Assembly: GCF_964355755.1 (NCBI RefSeq)
Contig: NC_092678.1
Location: 8,076,422 to 8,140,421, forward strand
From: Antedon mediterranea
Lineage: Eukaryota > Animalia > Echinodermata
Direction: 5' to 3'
Length of the DNA: 64,000 nt
The stretch's first letter is position 1, and each line of letters begins with the position of its first letter. Shown here one piece after another: positions 36,542-49,351 of the stretch. Under the pieces are notes generated by a model. It worked only from the letters and a program-made list of their open reading frames with translations, searched no databases and was not told the origin of the DNA. A program made the position numbers and the translations under genes.

Positions 36542-39500
36542 ATGGAAACAGGTCATCATCTTCCTGATAACGTCAAGGTACACTCTTTACTTACAGCACA
36601 TACCGTATATTCAACTTCAACAATGCTAACATTAATAATTAATAATAATTACAATTGTTCTCACCAAATAAAGCCAACTTTCTTATTATTCTCCAACACT
36701 GCAGTACTATTTTGAGATTTTTTGTGATTTCTACTGTCATATTAATAGTGTAATTATAGTTGTGGTATCAACTTTATTTTTTATTAAGTATTAAATAATA
36801 AAAAATTAATTATGCATAACGTAAAAAGTATTAAATATAGATATAATTTTTTTTATCGCTTTTGACAGAAACTCTTTCCAAATACAGACATACACGTCTG
36901 TAGTTATGAAAGCCATGAAAACAATTTTAATGAGCTTTCTTTTACAACAACTGTGAGACTACCACTACACAGTGAAAGTGAATTTGTAAAATGGTTAGAG
37001 GAATTTAATGAATTAAGTTACACTACATGGAGAGTGAAGAGGACATATCCACCACCTTCAGATAGACAATTTGTTAAAGTTCTTTTAAAGGTATGATCTT
37101 CAACAAAGTTTACATATATTTATAGGCTTATTGTAGATGGAATGAAATGTTCTAATGATGGTAAAATCCAAAAAACAAAAGCAAAAGACTTTTCACTCAG
37201 ACCTACATACAATAAATGCATGTGGCCTTACTACACAATTACTATATTACAGTATACAACATGAAACCATGTGTGCTGCAAATTAATTAGTCATGTTATC
37301 TCTAACAGTACTTTATTTCTACAAGAGGTTATTGATTGATACATTGACATACAGCATCAATATGTCATTTGATAATGTTCACAATGAGTATTATACAATA
37401 CATCATTTTAAATCACCTCTTTTAATGATCAAATCATGTTTAGAAAGAATATCGATGTCAACATGATACGAGACCAGAAAGTGCCTTGGCCAATTCTAAA
37501 CGTCGAGTAGCCACAAAGAACACAAGCTGCAAAGCCGACATGGCGGTCACCATAAGAAATGTGAAAACTAAATCTAAGTATGTTTTTATACTCTTTTAAT
37601 ATAAATTTGTAACCATTAACCATATAGGCTAATACATATTGTCAGATTGTGTAAAATGATATGGTTATAGCCTCTACAGGGTTTAAAGGTTAATTTCAAT
37701 TTTGTTTTTAAAATATTTCATTTTTATTTCCAACATAACTTGTTGTTTACTTTAAACAGATCTTCCGATACACTACTGGAAAAATTTCCCACAACTTTAC
37801 GTATAGGGTTTTCACACAACCACAGAATAATGTGTGCTGACGCCCTTAAATACAGAGATGTTTCCAAGGAGACCATACATACGCTGTGTGAGTTGTTCAA
37901 ACGCAGATATGGACCAACAGCTGCTGTGGAGATGGTAAAACAAGAATTGTTACTGAAACATGGTGAAAATTACCCAGTCATTGCAGCTAATAGGGCTCTT
38001 TGTCCAGACATACCATTTGCACATAGATATACATAAACCGTATCTAGTAGAATCATTAAGTCTGTCTCTTTAAAACAATAATTAATAATGAACAATATTT
38101 ATTTATATTTATATTCACTTACAATTTCCAACTGGAACAACCATACAGTTACCCCATCATAATCACGACCATCAACAAAACCATTTTTAGTTTTCCTATG
38201 GCATCACACTTGCTTAATTGGTCTTTCTTCATCATTTGTAGTTTGCTGATTATTTTATATATACCATACTATCAGGACTACCTATAACAATTAACATTTT
38301 ATTGGTAAGTAAAATATGGATTTCATCACTAAAATTATATTGACACAACACATTGTATTTTAGGTTATACACAAAAATGTTCAAAGAACTGTATGGGGAC
38401 ACATCTGACGAAAAAATGCTGTCAGTTTTAGAGAGTCATTGCCAACAGTACAATGAAGAGATGGAGAGCACGTGCATGGCTTTGAAAATTGTCAACAACA
38501 AGCCAATAATTGCAGTGTGTACTCCCCTCATGAAGCGCACCCACGAGACAATAATACATGCTGGTGAGATGGTCTTTATGGATGCATCGTCCAACATGGA
38601 TCGCAACAACTGCAGTGTTTTTGTACTTTTAACACATAGTTGTGCAGGTGGATTGCCACTGGGTGTTTTAATAACGACGTCTGAATCGGAAGATACAATC
38701 AGAGAAGCTTTGTCTTTGTACAAAACAATTTTACCCGACAGGTTAGACATTCTTATTATTGACATAATTAATAATACTGAATAATATTATTTTAGGTTTT
38801 TGTTCTATTTATTTTTCAGTGAATGAGCAAAACTTCACAATTGAATATTTTTTTAAAATAATAAAATTAAAATTAAATTTTACAATTAAATAAAAATAAT
38901 AATAATTAAAACGTGCCATTACATTCTTTTTAGGTCTTTTGGTGGACGAGGAGCAAGAGGACCACAGATATTTATGACAGATGATTGTGCTGCAGAGCAA
39001 AATGCCTTAAGGAAAGAATTTCCAGAGGCAAAGACTCTGCTATGCATCTTTCACATATTGCAGGCGACATGGAGATGGCTACGGAATGGAAAGAACAACA
39101 TTGTTAAAGACAAGAGACCAGAGTGCCTAATGATAATGAAAAACATCATGTATGCTGACGATGAAACAGAAATGATGAAAATATATGAAAGAACAAAAGC
39201 AGATATGTCGATATCGGAGTAAGTTTGTGGCAGCATTATTATTAGTAAGTAATGTGCAAATATTGCTGAATTTACATATTGTAGCTTACAATTTTACATT
39301 ACTTTTAATTTGCCATTCAGGAAATTTAAAAAGCACTTGACGGCATACATGGACCGAAATGAAGCCTGGGCATTGTGTATGCGTAAGGATTAGTTACGCG
39401 TGGCAACAACACCAATAACTTTGTAGAGGCGACAATGAGGGTGTTAAAGGACAAGATTCTCCAACTGCACTGGCAGACTTCCTAACACATATGTTTAGTG

Positions 39501-39610
39501 AACATTACAAACAGCGCCTAATCGACATTGCCAATGGACGATTATATTATGTCTTGACGTCACGATTTATGCCATCGGAAAAGAACATAACAAGAGACAA
39601 TATCACCAAG
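36542..39610 (+). pseudogene. Multi-exon MULE (Mutator-like) transposase pseudogene
   Basis: About 8 exon blocks: WRVKRT..YRCQH..C.A...HNH DNA-binding region; VFMDASSN, MTDD, CIFH and TNNFVE catalytic motifs. Has a mutated donor near 38027, a frameshift near 39390 and no 3' end. Confidence 0.85.
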
Positions 39611-40254
39611 GTATCGCTTCACGTTTTTGATTCATCCAGATGTTTTAATGACCATTTAGTTTATAATAGAGTCCCTAAAGAAAACACTTAGCTTAATTTT
39701 GTGACTTTCCCATCGTTAAACCAGGAGTGCCTGACACTATTTAAGTACAGATTTGACAGTGTCATCCATCACAGAAATACCTTATTATACCGTTAATCAC
39801 TCCCACTTAAACACCCCTGGATCAACTTAGGACCAATCGTTACCCTCACAGATGATGTAATGACATTATGCAAATGAACTGAGCCAATATACTCCCAAGT
39901 TTCAGAAGGGCCCAGACACACCTCACAGCCACTTCTTCAGAAGCAGACCTACACACTTCACACCTCACCGACAGCATCATTGATCCTCCGCGTTCCTTAT
40001 CTATACTTATAGTTGTATATTGTACTGAAGTATTATACTGAATAAACAATATATGTGTTACGACAGTCAAGCGAGTAGAGTCTTTCATTAGTACCTCAAC
40101 AACGCAACATTATATTACATGGTGGAAGACCCAAATTTCATAAGGAACGGAGTGAGAAAACAAGAAATAAACACTTAACAAGACACGAAGACGAAGACGA
40201 AGACAAAAATAACCATATTTGTTTGAAAGGAGAAAACCAGAAATTTACTTTTAA

Positions 40255-40700
40255 ACAAAAGACAATCTGAAATTATATTTGAATGAGATCGAGACAAGCA
40301 GAAATTTTATCAAATTATTACCATTGGATGAAGACAAAGAAGATAATCGAAGAAGACACAAAAGACAAGCTGAAATTATATATTTGAATGAGATCGAGAC
40401 AAGCAGAAATTTTATCAAATTATAACCATTGGATAAAGACAAAGAAGATAATCGAGGAAGACCCAAGAAGAATCAAAACAGAAGCAAGCGGACAAGAACT
40501 GTTTCGTTTGGACACTTTCAACTTCACGCCGTTTTTTTTTCGATCGTTTTTTTAACATTTACTTTTTTGAACATTGATGAACACCTTTCGCATTTTTTTA
40601 ATTCGTTGTTTGAAAATTTGAACATTGATGAGCACCTTTAACATTTCTTTAATTCGTTGTTTGAACATTTAAACAATTTTGAACACTTTTGCATTCCTTT
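40255..40700. repeat. Short tandem duplications (about 120-bp pair and about 52-bp TTGAACATTGATGA repeats)
   Basis: CTGAAATTATA..GAATGAGATCGAGACAAGCAG..AGAAGATAATCGA occurs twice; origin unassigned. Confidence 0.6.
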
Positions 40701-41636
40701 AATTCATTTTAATTGGATCCGAAGCAGTTAATTCTTTTATTTGGCAATGAACTGACTGGGCAATACAAAACAGCGAAAAACCTGTTTAAAAAGGTTAAGA
40801 AAATGAGGATGTTAAAACAAAAGAACAAAGTGGATTATTGTACACAAAAAGCCTAACAATAGTACTCATTATTAATAATGATAATTAAAAAACAGGCTTA
40901 ATTTATAATATTAAAATCACAAATGAAACCCTGTAGTTTTCAATATAATACCTTTTTTGAATGAATGATATACAGTATATATTATGACTAATTTTGTAAT
41001 ACCGGACCATATTTGGCGGTCAAAAACAGTCCTACTGCCCAGACCGATTTTATCCAGGCCGGACTAGTTTTGGCGGTTAAAAAAGGTCTGGCCGGACAGG
41101 TTTTGAATGCCAAAACTGACCATATTTAACTATAATTAAAGTATATGTTTAACAAATAACAGCATGATGAAAAAAATCATAGAGAATGTATTGAATAAAT
41201 ATTTATTATTTCTTATTTAATATAGATCACTACTGATGTAGTAGAACTTCTGAGTGTCACAGATTTTCAGCTTCGTGTGTATGATGTGGCTACAGTAACA
41301 GCAATAAAAGATGAATGTACAAATTCAAGTTTGTTAAATAAAGGGAAAGCTAATACATATGTCATCAAAAAAGTAGTATTCGAAAGCCTTATTTGTGAAG
41401 GCTTCAAGTGTTCTGAAATTGCTGCTATACTGTGTGTTAGTGTTCGTACAGTATTCAGACGACTACAGATGTATTTTTGAACCAATCCTGAGTTTTCTTC
41501 AATGTTCTAAAAACAATACAAATTTAAAATGAATAAAAATAATTTATCACAATCTGTAAATGTAGCAATTGAAGCTAAAACAATAAAACAATTGAATGAT
41601 ATACTATCCATAATATCTCAGTATGAATAAAAACTA

Positions 41637-43445
41637 TTAAGCTATTTTACTTACAGACTCTGCTTCCATACTTAAGGCATTTTGAATTGTCCGTAAGTAA
41701 ATTCGGCCTTGCCCTAACTTATCTCTGATGTTTAAAGGGGTATAACTTCCCTTCAGAGGTAAAAGTTTTCTCTCATTCCCAAAGCAGAGCATGATTTCAA
41801 ATCCCCCTGCATTTTTCAGCTTGGGGAAGCTGGCGAATAAAACTGTTTCGAATTCTTCCGGGGTTGCATTTATATCAGGCACGGTAACATTTTTGTCCAC
41901 AAGTCCGGCCTCTGCCAGCATCTGCTTTCTACATGCTTTAGGTGTTGCATCAGTATCTGGCTCAGCCTGGCAAACCACCTTCCTTGTCCATGATGATATT
42001 TTTTGTTTTTTTTTTGTTTTTTTGCATATGGCTTAGTTTTGCCTACTGGCAAAAATCTGGACAAAATGGATCCTATTAAAAAAACAGAAATAGATAAATA
42101 GATAACAGTATTTGAAGCCAATAATACAAAATTGATCGTTACACACACACAAAATTCATACTGTAAATTGCTAAATTAATACAAAAAAACACATGAAAAC
42201 AAAGGTCATGAAGGATAACATGTGTCGATGGTCATCAAAATAAGTTTTAATGAACAAGATCAAAAGGATATGTTCACAAGTAAATAAGGCAGAATACATC
42301 AATAGAAGTTTGATAAAGAATAATCGGTTATGACATAGCTCCATCGTAAGCCAATTGGATGGCTGAACGGTTGATTATGCTCCTTTAGTGTTCATGGTCC
42401 CAGGTTCGAAACCCAACGATGCCTAAATTTTGTCTTTTTTTTTATAACGCTCCATCTTCTTTCTTGACCATTCACCATTTGGAGGGAGGGACGGTTTTAG
42501 GGGATTCCATTTACGACTTATTGTGTGGATAGCCATGGTGTCAAGAAAAAGGGGTAAACAACCTTGCATGCAAAAATACAGGGCTTTGAATTGGCCTATT
42601 TTGTTCCTACTTAAAGATTAAAAATATAAAGATTATTATTCACGTATTTCTTAATTATATCTATTTTTTTTAAACTTAATTTTATATAGTTTTATTACGG
42701 TATATAGTGGATAACTAGGCCTATCAATTATGTGACATTACAAAAAATTGCATATTTATTAAACAAAAAGTAAGATTATTAAGAATTTTTTTTTTTCAGG
42801 GTGAACAATACATTAAAAAAAAGTTTTTTTTTATAAATAAAATAAATAAGCCAAATCAATATACAGTAATTAATAATTATTAACTAGGGCCTAGGCCTAG
42901 TATAGGGCATAGGCTAGGCCTAGTAAAAAATATTATATGCCTAGCCTAGGTAGGCCTCTTCTATGACTGTTAGTACTTATGGCCCTGGTTAGTACTAGGC
43001 CCTAGGCCTAGCCTTAGGCCTAGCCTGGACCTATAGAAACTAGGACTGCCTACTAAGTATTAACTATAGTTATTATAATATTATAGTAATTATTATTAGG
43101 CATACTTTATATTAACAAACTAACAAGTCTAGCTAGGGTCAATATCCATAAAATGGCCATGACTGTTTAGATTGCATCTCCTCATAGTTTTTCTGTATCA
43201 CGTGTATCTACTGTTTTGTGTGTGTTTCTGTGACGTGGGTTATCAGGATATTTCACTTTAAGTTTAGGCCTTCTACCTACCCATCCATACAATTATTACA
43301 GATCTAGCCTAGGCCTAGCTTAGACCTAGTGTCAGACTAACATTTAATAATAATAATAATCATTTACCCTTTCTCTCTCAAAATTTGTTAAAAGATGACT
43401 TAAATTTAGGTTATTCAACACATCTTTAATCGATTGGCTACTCAT
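41637..43445 (-). pseudogene. Second (accessory) gene of the IS3EU-like element, truncated
   Basis: Exon 43368-43445 MSSQSIKDVLNNLNLSHLLTNFERER (SAM-like start); exon about 41655-42072 WTRKVVC..AGL..K...FPKLKNAGGFE...IYLRTIQ, with a frameshift in an A-run. Confidence 0.55.
42350..42560 (+). mobile_element. Decayed tRNA-derived SINE-like sequence
   Basis: A-box-like TGGCTGAACGG and B-box GGTTCGAAACC; no complete cloverleaf. Confidence 0.35.
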
Positions 43446-43544
43446 GTTGGCGCCATGATGATGAATTGTAAACTTTTCATAGACTCATTTCCAGCCGTTG
43501 ATTTTCTTCCATTTGACCTCATGTCAAAGGTTAGAATTTAATTG

Positions 43545-43860
43545 CGCCGAATAAAAAAGGGCCGAATAAAAAAGAGCCGAACGTAATGGTAAATGGGCCG
43601 AATAGAAATGCGCCGAATGCTGAAAGAGCCGAACGTAATGTTAAATGAGCCGAATAGAAATGCGCCGAATGCTAAAAGAGCCGAACGTAATGGTAAATGG
43701 GCCGAATAGAAATGCGCCGAATGCTAAAAGAGCCGAACGTAATGGTAAATGGGCCGAATAGAAATGCGCCGAATGCTAAAAGAGCCGAACGTAATGGTAA
43801 ATGGGCCGAATAGAAATGCGCCGAATGCTAAAAGAGCCGAACGTAATGCTAACCGAATAG
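43545..43860. repeat. 52-bp higher-order subterminal repeat (three GCCGAA sub-units of 15, 16 and 21 bp), about 5.5 copies
   Basis: GCCGAATAGAAATGC-GCCGAATGCTAAAAGA-GCCGAACGTAATGGTAAATGG with period 52 (43597, 43649, ...). Confidence 0.95.
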
Positions 43861-44001
43861 AATTAACGTTTGCTGCCGGAGGCAGTGATGGCGTTCCATA
43901 CTATACTAATATTTTTTTTTCAAATAGTATTAGGGCCTAGGCCTATGAATGATGATGTGTTGATTATATTCTGTGCTAGCCTAGTAGTATCTTTTTTATA
44001 G

Positions 44002-45867
44002 ACCAAATCTCTGAATCAGAAGAAGCTGAATGCAACTTATATTGGTAAAACTGGCGATGACAATGATTTAAGAAGTGGGAAGTTCAACATTGTATTTTCA
44101 AGCCCTGAAACTGTTTTAACAACTCATAGGCAGATGTTGTTGTCCAATCCATACCAAAAATCTATTAAAGCTGTGTTTGTTGATGAGAGCCACTGTATAG
44201 AAAAGTGGTAAGATTTTTTCGTAAGATTGATATTTCAACATTAAGACATTTTAGTCAATCGATGGGACTGGGATAACGAAAAACAGTATTACATACAGAC
44301 AGTAACTTAAGCACAATTAAACTAGAGTAGCTGAGGTTGAGTCTGTTGAAAATTAAAATGTTCATTTTTTAGTGATCGATCTACCTGTAGTTAAATAAAT
44401 AACTTTCAAACAATGTTTTAATTAATAAGTCTGGGGTTTATTGTATTGTTGTGAAAATATGTTTTGCACAACAAGAAAATTGTAATAATTGTGTATTCCA
44501 TATTTTATAGGGGTCACACCGTTGGAGGAGAGAGTGTCCCATTTCGTGAACACTACGCCAGGATTGGTGAATTACGGTCTATATTGCCAATGTCTGTACC
44601 AATGATTGCTCTTACAGCAACTGCTAGCAAGAAAACAAGAGCAACTATTATTAATGATCTACACATGAAAGTCCCAGTGTTAGTGGATTTGGGTGTAAAT
44701 AAACCAAACATTCGGTACACAGTAATTAAGACGAAGCAAGGGTTCCGTGATGTTGATGCTTTATTTAGCATATTTGTGCCAATCATTGAAGAATTAAAAA
44801 TTAAAAAAATAGAAGCATCCAGAACAATAGTGTTTTGTAGGAGGAGGAGTCACTGTAGAGATCTTTACGAAATGTTCATGACGGCTTTAGGTGTTGAAGC
44901 ATATGACGCCACATGTAAACATGTAGATGACAGAGGAAGATTTGTGGCAATGTTCCAGCAGGCAACAGATGTTGATGTTAAAGAGAGCGTAATGTCATCA
45001 TTTGCCGATCCGAATGGAGTAATCCGTGTCTTATTTTCAACAATTGCATTTGGTATGGGAATGGATGTCAAGGGACTGCAAACAGTAATTCATCTTGGCC
45101 CACCAGCAGACCTGGATGATTATTTACAAGAAACTGGCCGTGCCGGGCGTGATTCATTGAAACAGAGTTTTGCAATACTACTTAAATACAGCCACAGTAC
45201 AAGAAGAACTTCTGAATCAATGAAAGAATATATTTCGGGTAATAAATGTAGAAGAAAAACACTAATGAGCTTTTTTGAGTGTGAACCATGCAGTGTGGTG
45301 AAACATTTGTGCTGCGATGTCTGTGCTGCCGTGTGCACATGTGAATGTGCATGCAATGGTGCTTGTAACTGTGATACAAAATGCACATATAACGACAACC
45401 AATTAGAAATTTCCATCAAAAAGATAATCCATCAACTAGATGCACGGCATTCTGCTTGTTTTCATAAAAAAGTGAATTGTGTATCTATCGAAAAGACATC
45501 CCAGATTAGAAATGATTTATATAGATATAGAAATGAACTGGCAGGTGGTCTAACAGATGACAAATTATTCACAAATGTAAATATTTCAACACAGTACAGT
45601 AATCAACTTATTGACCATATCATAAAGGATTTGCCCTACATACCAAATCGTTCAGTGTTTATGCAACATTTCTTATTTTATTCATCTGAACATGCAGAAT
45701 GTTCCTGGGATATTATAAAATCTGTAATTAGTGATTCACAGATATTAGCTAATGACCAGTTAAATAGTGACAACATTTCTTCATCTGAGTCTTCAACTCA
45801 GTCCAGTGAAAGTGATTCTGATAATCATGCAAAACATCCTTTACTAAACAGCAGTGATGATGATTAA
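44002..45867 (+). CDS. RecQ-like DExH helicase, two exons (44002-44207, 44511-45867); motif I exon absent
   Basis: FSSPE, VDESHCIEKWG (spliced TG|G), FR..Y, ALTATA, TIVFC, STIAFGMGMD, YLQETGRAGRD, CRR...CCDVC zinc motif; frame intact across the splice. Confidence 0.9.
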
Positions 45868-48800
45868 GTAATTGGTAATGGTTTATAATAGATTCAATGT
45901 TAACCTTTCTTTTTGCTAATGAGGCTGTATAGCAATGTTAAGCAACAAATTATACTTCATAACTATCTACTGTATACTGTACATAATAATATACAATACT
46001 GTATGACTCCACTCTATTTATAACGCTAATTTTTTAATGCATACAATACATTGATATATGTTGTTATACTTTAATCAATAAATACTACATTATTCAAGTT
46101 CAACAGGTAGTCTACTGTAGTGGTATACAGACAACCTTAGTACAATTCAACAATAGAGTACTGATAATTAACAGATGATGAGATATGTCAAGAAACGTTT
46201 TATACAGTACAGTAGTTTTATTTTGTTTAAAGTACAGTAATCTGCCTGTTGTATTAAATGTAAAATTCCTTTTTTTTTCCATTGGTCATATTTTGCAAAC
46301 AAGACAAGACATCAACTCTTTTGTGGTAAACTTTAAAATTATGATTAGTAAGCATGTCGATATTCACATAAATTTAGGAAAAAGAAATTGCACATCCCTT
46401 CATAACTTTCATTTATAACACTCATTTTGTATAAATTATCAAGTTAATCTGGCTGAACGAACACTCCAGATGATTTAATTATAATATTTACTCCAAATTA
46501 ATAGCACAATAAATGTGTTGTGAAGATGTTTTATACAGTAATGACTGTAGTTTTACTTTTGTTGCAATCCTAAAGATAAAGTGTAACAGAATTTACATAG
46601 GCCTACAGTCATTCACTCCCACCTTCATTCAATTGCTGCGTTGAGGGTAATAGTGTTTTCTGGAAATTGTCTTTAGTGATTTATCCATCCATGTTTTCAT
46701 TTTCTCCATGTCCAGCTTATTCAGCATATTGCTTTCAACGTCTGGGTATGTGGTGTACGCCCTACCCGGAATATACTTAAATAAGTCAAGGTTGCTGAAC
46801 TGAGCAACTAGAGTAAGTGCATCTTCAGTGAAGTCAACATCACTATGTTTCCCACTTGGTTTTTTGACATTTGATTGTTTGTCAAAATTGTTAACAATTT
46901 CCTCGGTGAAAAACAAACTTCTGCTTATACGGTTGATAGTTTTCTCAGTGACCTCACCTCTATAAGAATGCAATTCTTCCTTAAACTGTTTGTTTGCATG
47001 TTCAACGTCTAAGTCCATTGGAAAATTGGTGTCTCGTTGACCTCTGTAATTTACAAATCTGTTCCATGTAAGGTTGAATGCTTGCCTTGGAGTCAACAAA
47101 CATAATATCTGGGCTAGTGTCTCAAAAGTTCCATAACCATACTTTGGTGTGTGAGAGGTTGCTTTGTAAAATAACAGGAAGTACTTATATAATCTGACTA
47201 CTCTACCACCATCTCCCATCTTTATTGCATTGTTGTGGTTGCAACGAAGCATGGAGAGTATCAGTACTTTTCTGGTATAGTTGTAAATGTGGTCTTCCTC
47301 ATGTGTAGGTATTGGAGGGCATTCTTTTGTTCGTCGGAACCTGTGCACTCTTTCTTCATGCTTGATTAGTGCTGTAGATCGTTTGTACACTTTTGTACAG
47401 AACTTGCATTGAAAATCTGTTTTTTCTGTTGAGACTTCACAAATAGTAGGCGTCTCTGAAAAAATGTGAGTCCCTATAAAGTTAGTGATAGTCGACTTGA
47501 CATACTCTTCCTTACCAACAACATCTAATGGGGATCCAATAAATGCATTTACTGATGGTGCAGAGTTAACATTAGCCATACCAAAAAAGGATAGAGCACC
47601 AGATACAAGATAGCTATCAGTGTACTTATCCAACAAGTCAGATGCAGCATAGTGGCAGTTATGAGGATGTTTTGTCACATTTCTGGCATTTAATACATTT
47701 CTTGCAGCATAAAGAGTACCAATGTCACGTGCTGATCTGGTGTCACATAGCTGCTTCCAACATACCTGAAAGAATACATGAACAATTGTATCAATATCAT
47801 GATATGTCTGATGTGAAAGTCTTCACAATTACTGGTAAGGCCAATTTACACAGACTTTGGCCTTTAGAAGGATATGTAATAAAACCGAGGTAATTTTAAG
47901 GTGTGTTTATGCATTTTTCAGCCCTACACACATCTAACTCTACATCCTAGGTGAGGAAATAGGTTCCACTTTATTGCTTATTGATTTAGGTCTGTATGGT
48001 TGATTACTGTATATTAAGTACAATACTGAACTACAGACTTACAGCTTCTAACCATTTTGCTTGTTGATGAAAGTCCTCCATTTTCGGAATCAAACCTTCC
48101 AATCGTTTTGATGGTGTTCGTGCATCTTGCATAGTCGACTGTGCTCCTTTGTGTCTCTCAAAAGTGAGATAGTCACCACCACTCAGAATCTGTTTGATAA
48201 ATTATGAAAACTTGATTTATTCATCCAAATATTGGTAATTCAAGTTGCACTTATTAAAAACCATTTGATTCATTAATTTTACATAATAAATGAATTTGTT
48301 AAACGACATTAATTACTATTGAAGAAAACAAACATCTCCTTTTAAAATCTAATATTAAATATAATAATAATACCTTTACTGGTTTCTGCATACTTGTGGC
48401 ATCATCAGAATGACCTGGTACATATTGATGCAAGTACTTACAAATATCAAGCATGTCCTCCTCTTTAGATTCATTCTTTTCCAAGACTCCAAGGTGTACC
48501 TGTGAATGTAAACAAATAAGTATTTTTAATATGTTGATTTAAATGAAATGTGTAAATGGTTCTTGAATTTGTTTCTCAAAAAGTAAACAATTTAACTTTT
48601 TTTTATGGGAGTGAGCAAAACACCTTGCTATGACATTGCAATATTGTGTTCTGCATGTTTTAATTGGCTGCCAGGACAAAACTTATAATTTGCCTGACAC
48701 TCAGTCATATTTTGTCATTTTCATGCATATTTAAAATTTACCTTTTTGGTCTTTGATTTCACGTCTCTCATAAATGGATGAGAAATGCAATTAGGCATAA

Positions 48801-49027
48801 ATTCTTTGAACCAACTAAGTGAAGGAATGTACTTTGTCCAGATTTGACAAATGAGCCACACAAATTCACTTGTCAATATCTCATTGTCTGTAGTCGATGG
48901 CAGGAATAAAGTGCATGGTACAGATTTTGAATCTAAAATTGGATTTTCATCGGGAAGGTGCTTTCCACTTATGCGATTTTGATATGCAATCAACTGGTAG
49001 AGATGGTGGTCTTTATGCTGTCTTTTT

Positions 49028-49351
49028 ATACTGCGTTGAAACACCGGTTCTCGTCAGATCACCGAAGTTAAGCAACGTTGGGCCCGGTTGCGTTCTGGAT
49101 GGGAGACCATCTAGAAATCGTGGCGGGTGCTGTATATACTGGAGAGTGATGGTGTAATGGTAATATCGGACTAGCATGTGATAGGCATGGGTTCGAGGTT
49201 ATCATACTAATTGCATCCTTAGGCAAGATGCTTTACTCTCATTGCCTAATCTGGTAGGCGCTGCACTGCTGGCTGCCGTGGGTCCGTGGAGGGCCTAATC
49301 CTAATTTCCTCACTGAGGACAAATATTAATACAAAATACAAAATACAAAAA
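49028..49351 (+). mobile_element. Composite SINE: 5S rRNA-derived head, tRNA-like segment, CORE-like domain and (TACAAAA)n tail
   Basis: ACACCGGTTCTCGTCAGATCACCGAAGTTAAGCAACG..GGATGGGAGACC (5S); TGGTGTAATGG and GGTTCGA (A/B boxes); TCCTTAGGCAAGATGCTTTAC (CORE-like). TTTTT duplicated on both sides; removal restores MTAKRQHKDHH. Confidence 0.85.

Larger units (their letters stand above)
41225..43900. mobile_element. Internally deleted IS3EU-like DNA transposon, right end preserved
   Basis: Plus-strand HTH fragment (FKCSEIAAILCVSVRTVFRRL, 41277-41480), a convergent minus-strand second gene, GCCGAA subterminal array and terminus ...GGCGTTCCATA (TAYGG/CCRTA type). Confidence 0.65.

Noticed and set aside
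42350-42425. Functional tRNA gene
   Set aside because: Only A/B-box remnants; acceptor and anticodon stems do not pair.
43545-43940. GCCGAA repeat with variable intervening sequence as CRISPR-like, and its 63-aa ORF
   Set aside because: The intervening sequences recur with a fixed 52-bp period; it is a transposon subterminal array.
44002-45867. Cellular RecQ gene (WRN/BLM/RECQL)
   Set aside because: Few introns, truncated 5' end, convergent linkage to a DDE transposase and a TE-only neighbourhood favour a transposon helicase, so no gene symbol was assigned.
49028-49135. Functional 5S rRNA gene
   Set aside because: 5' truncated, diverged 3' half, no oligo-T terminator, fused to a SINE body and flanked by a TSD.
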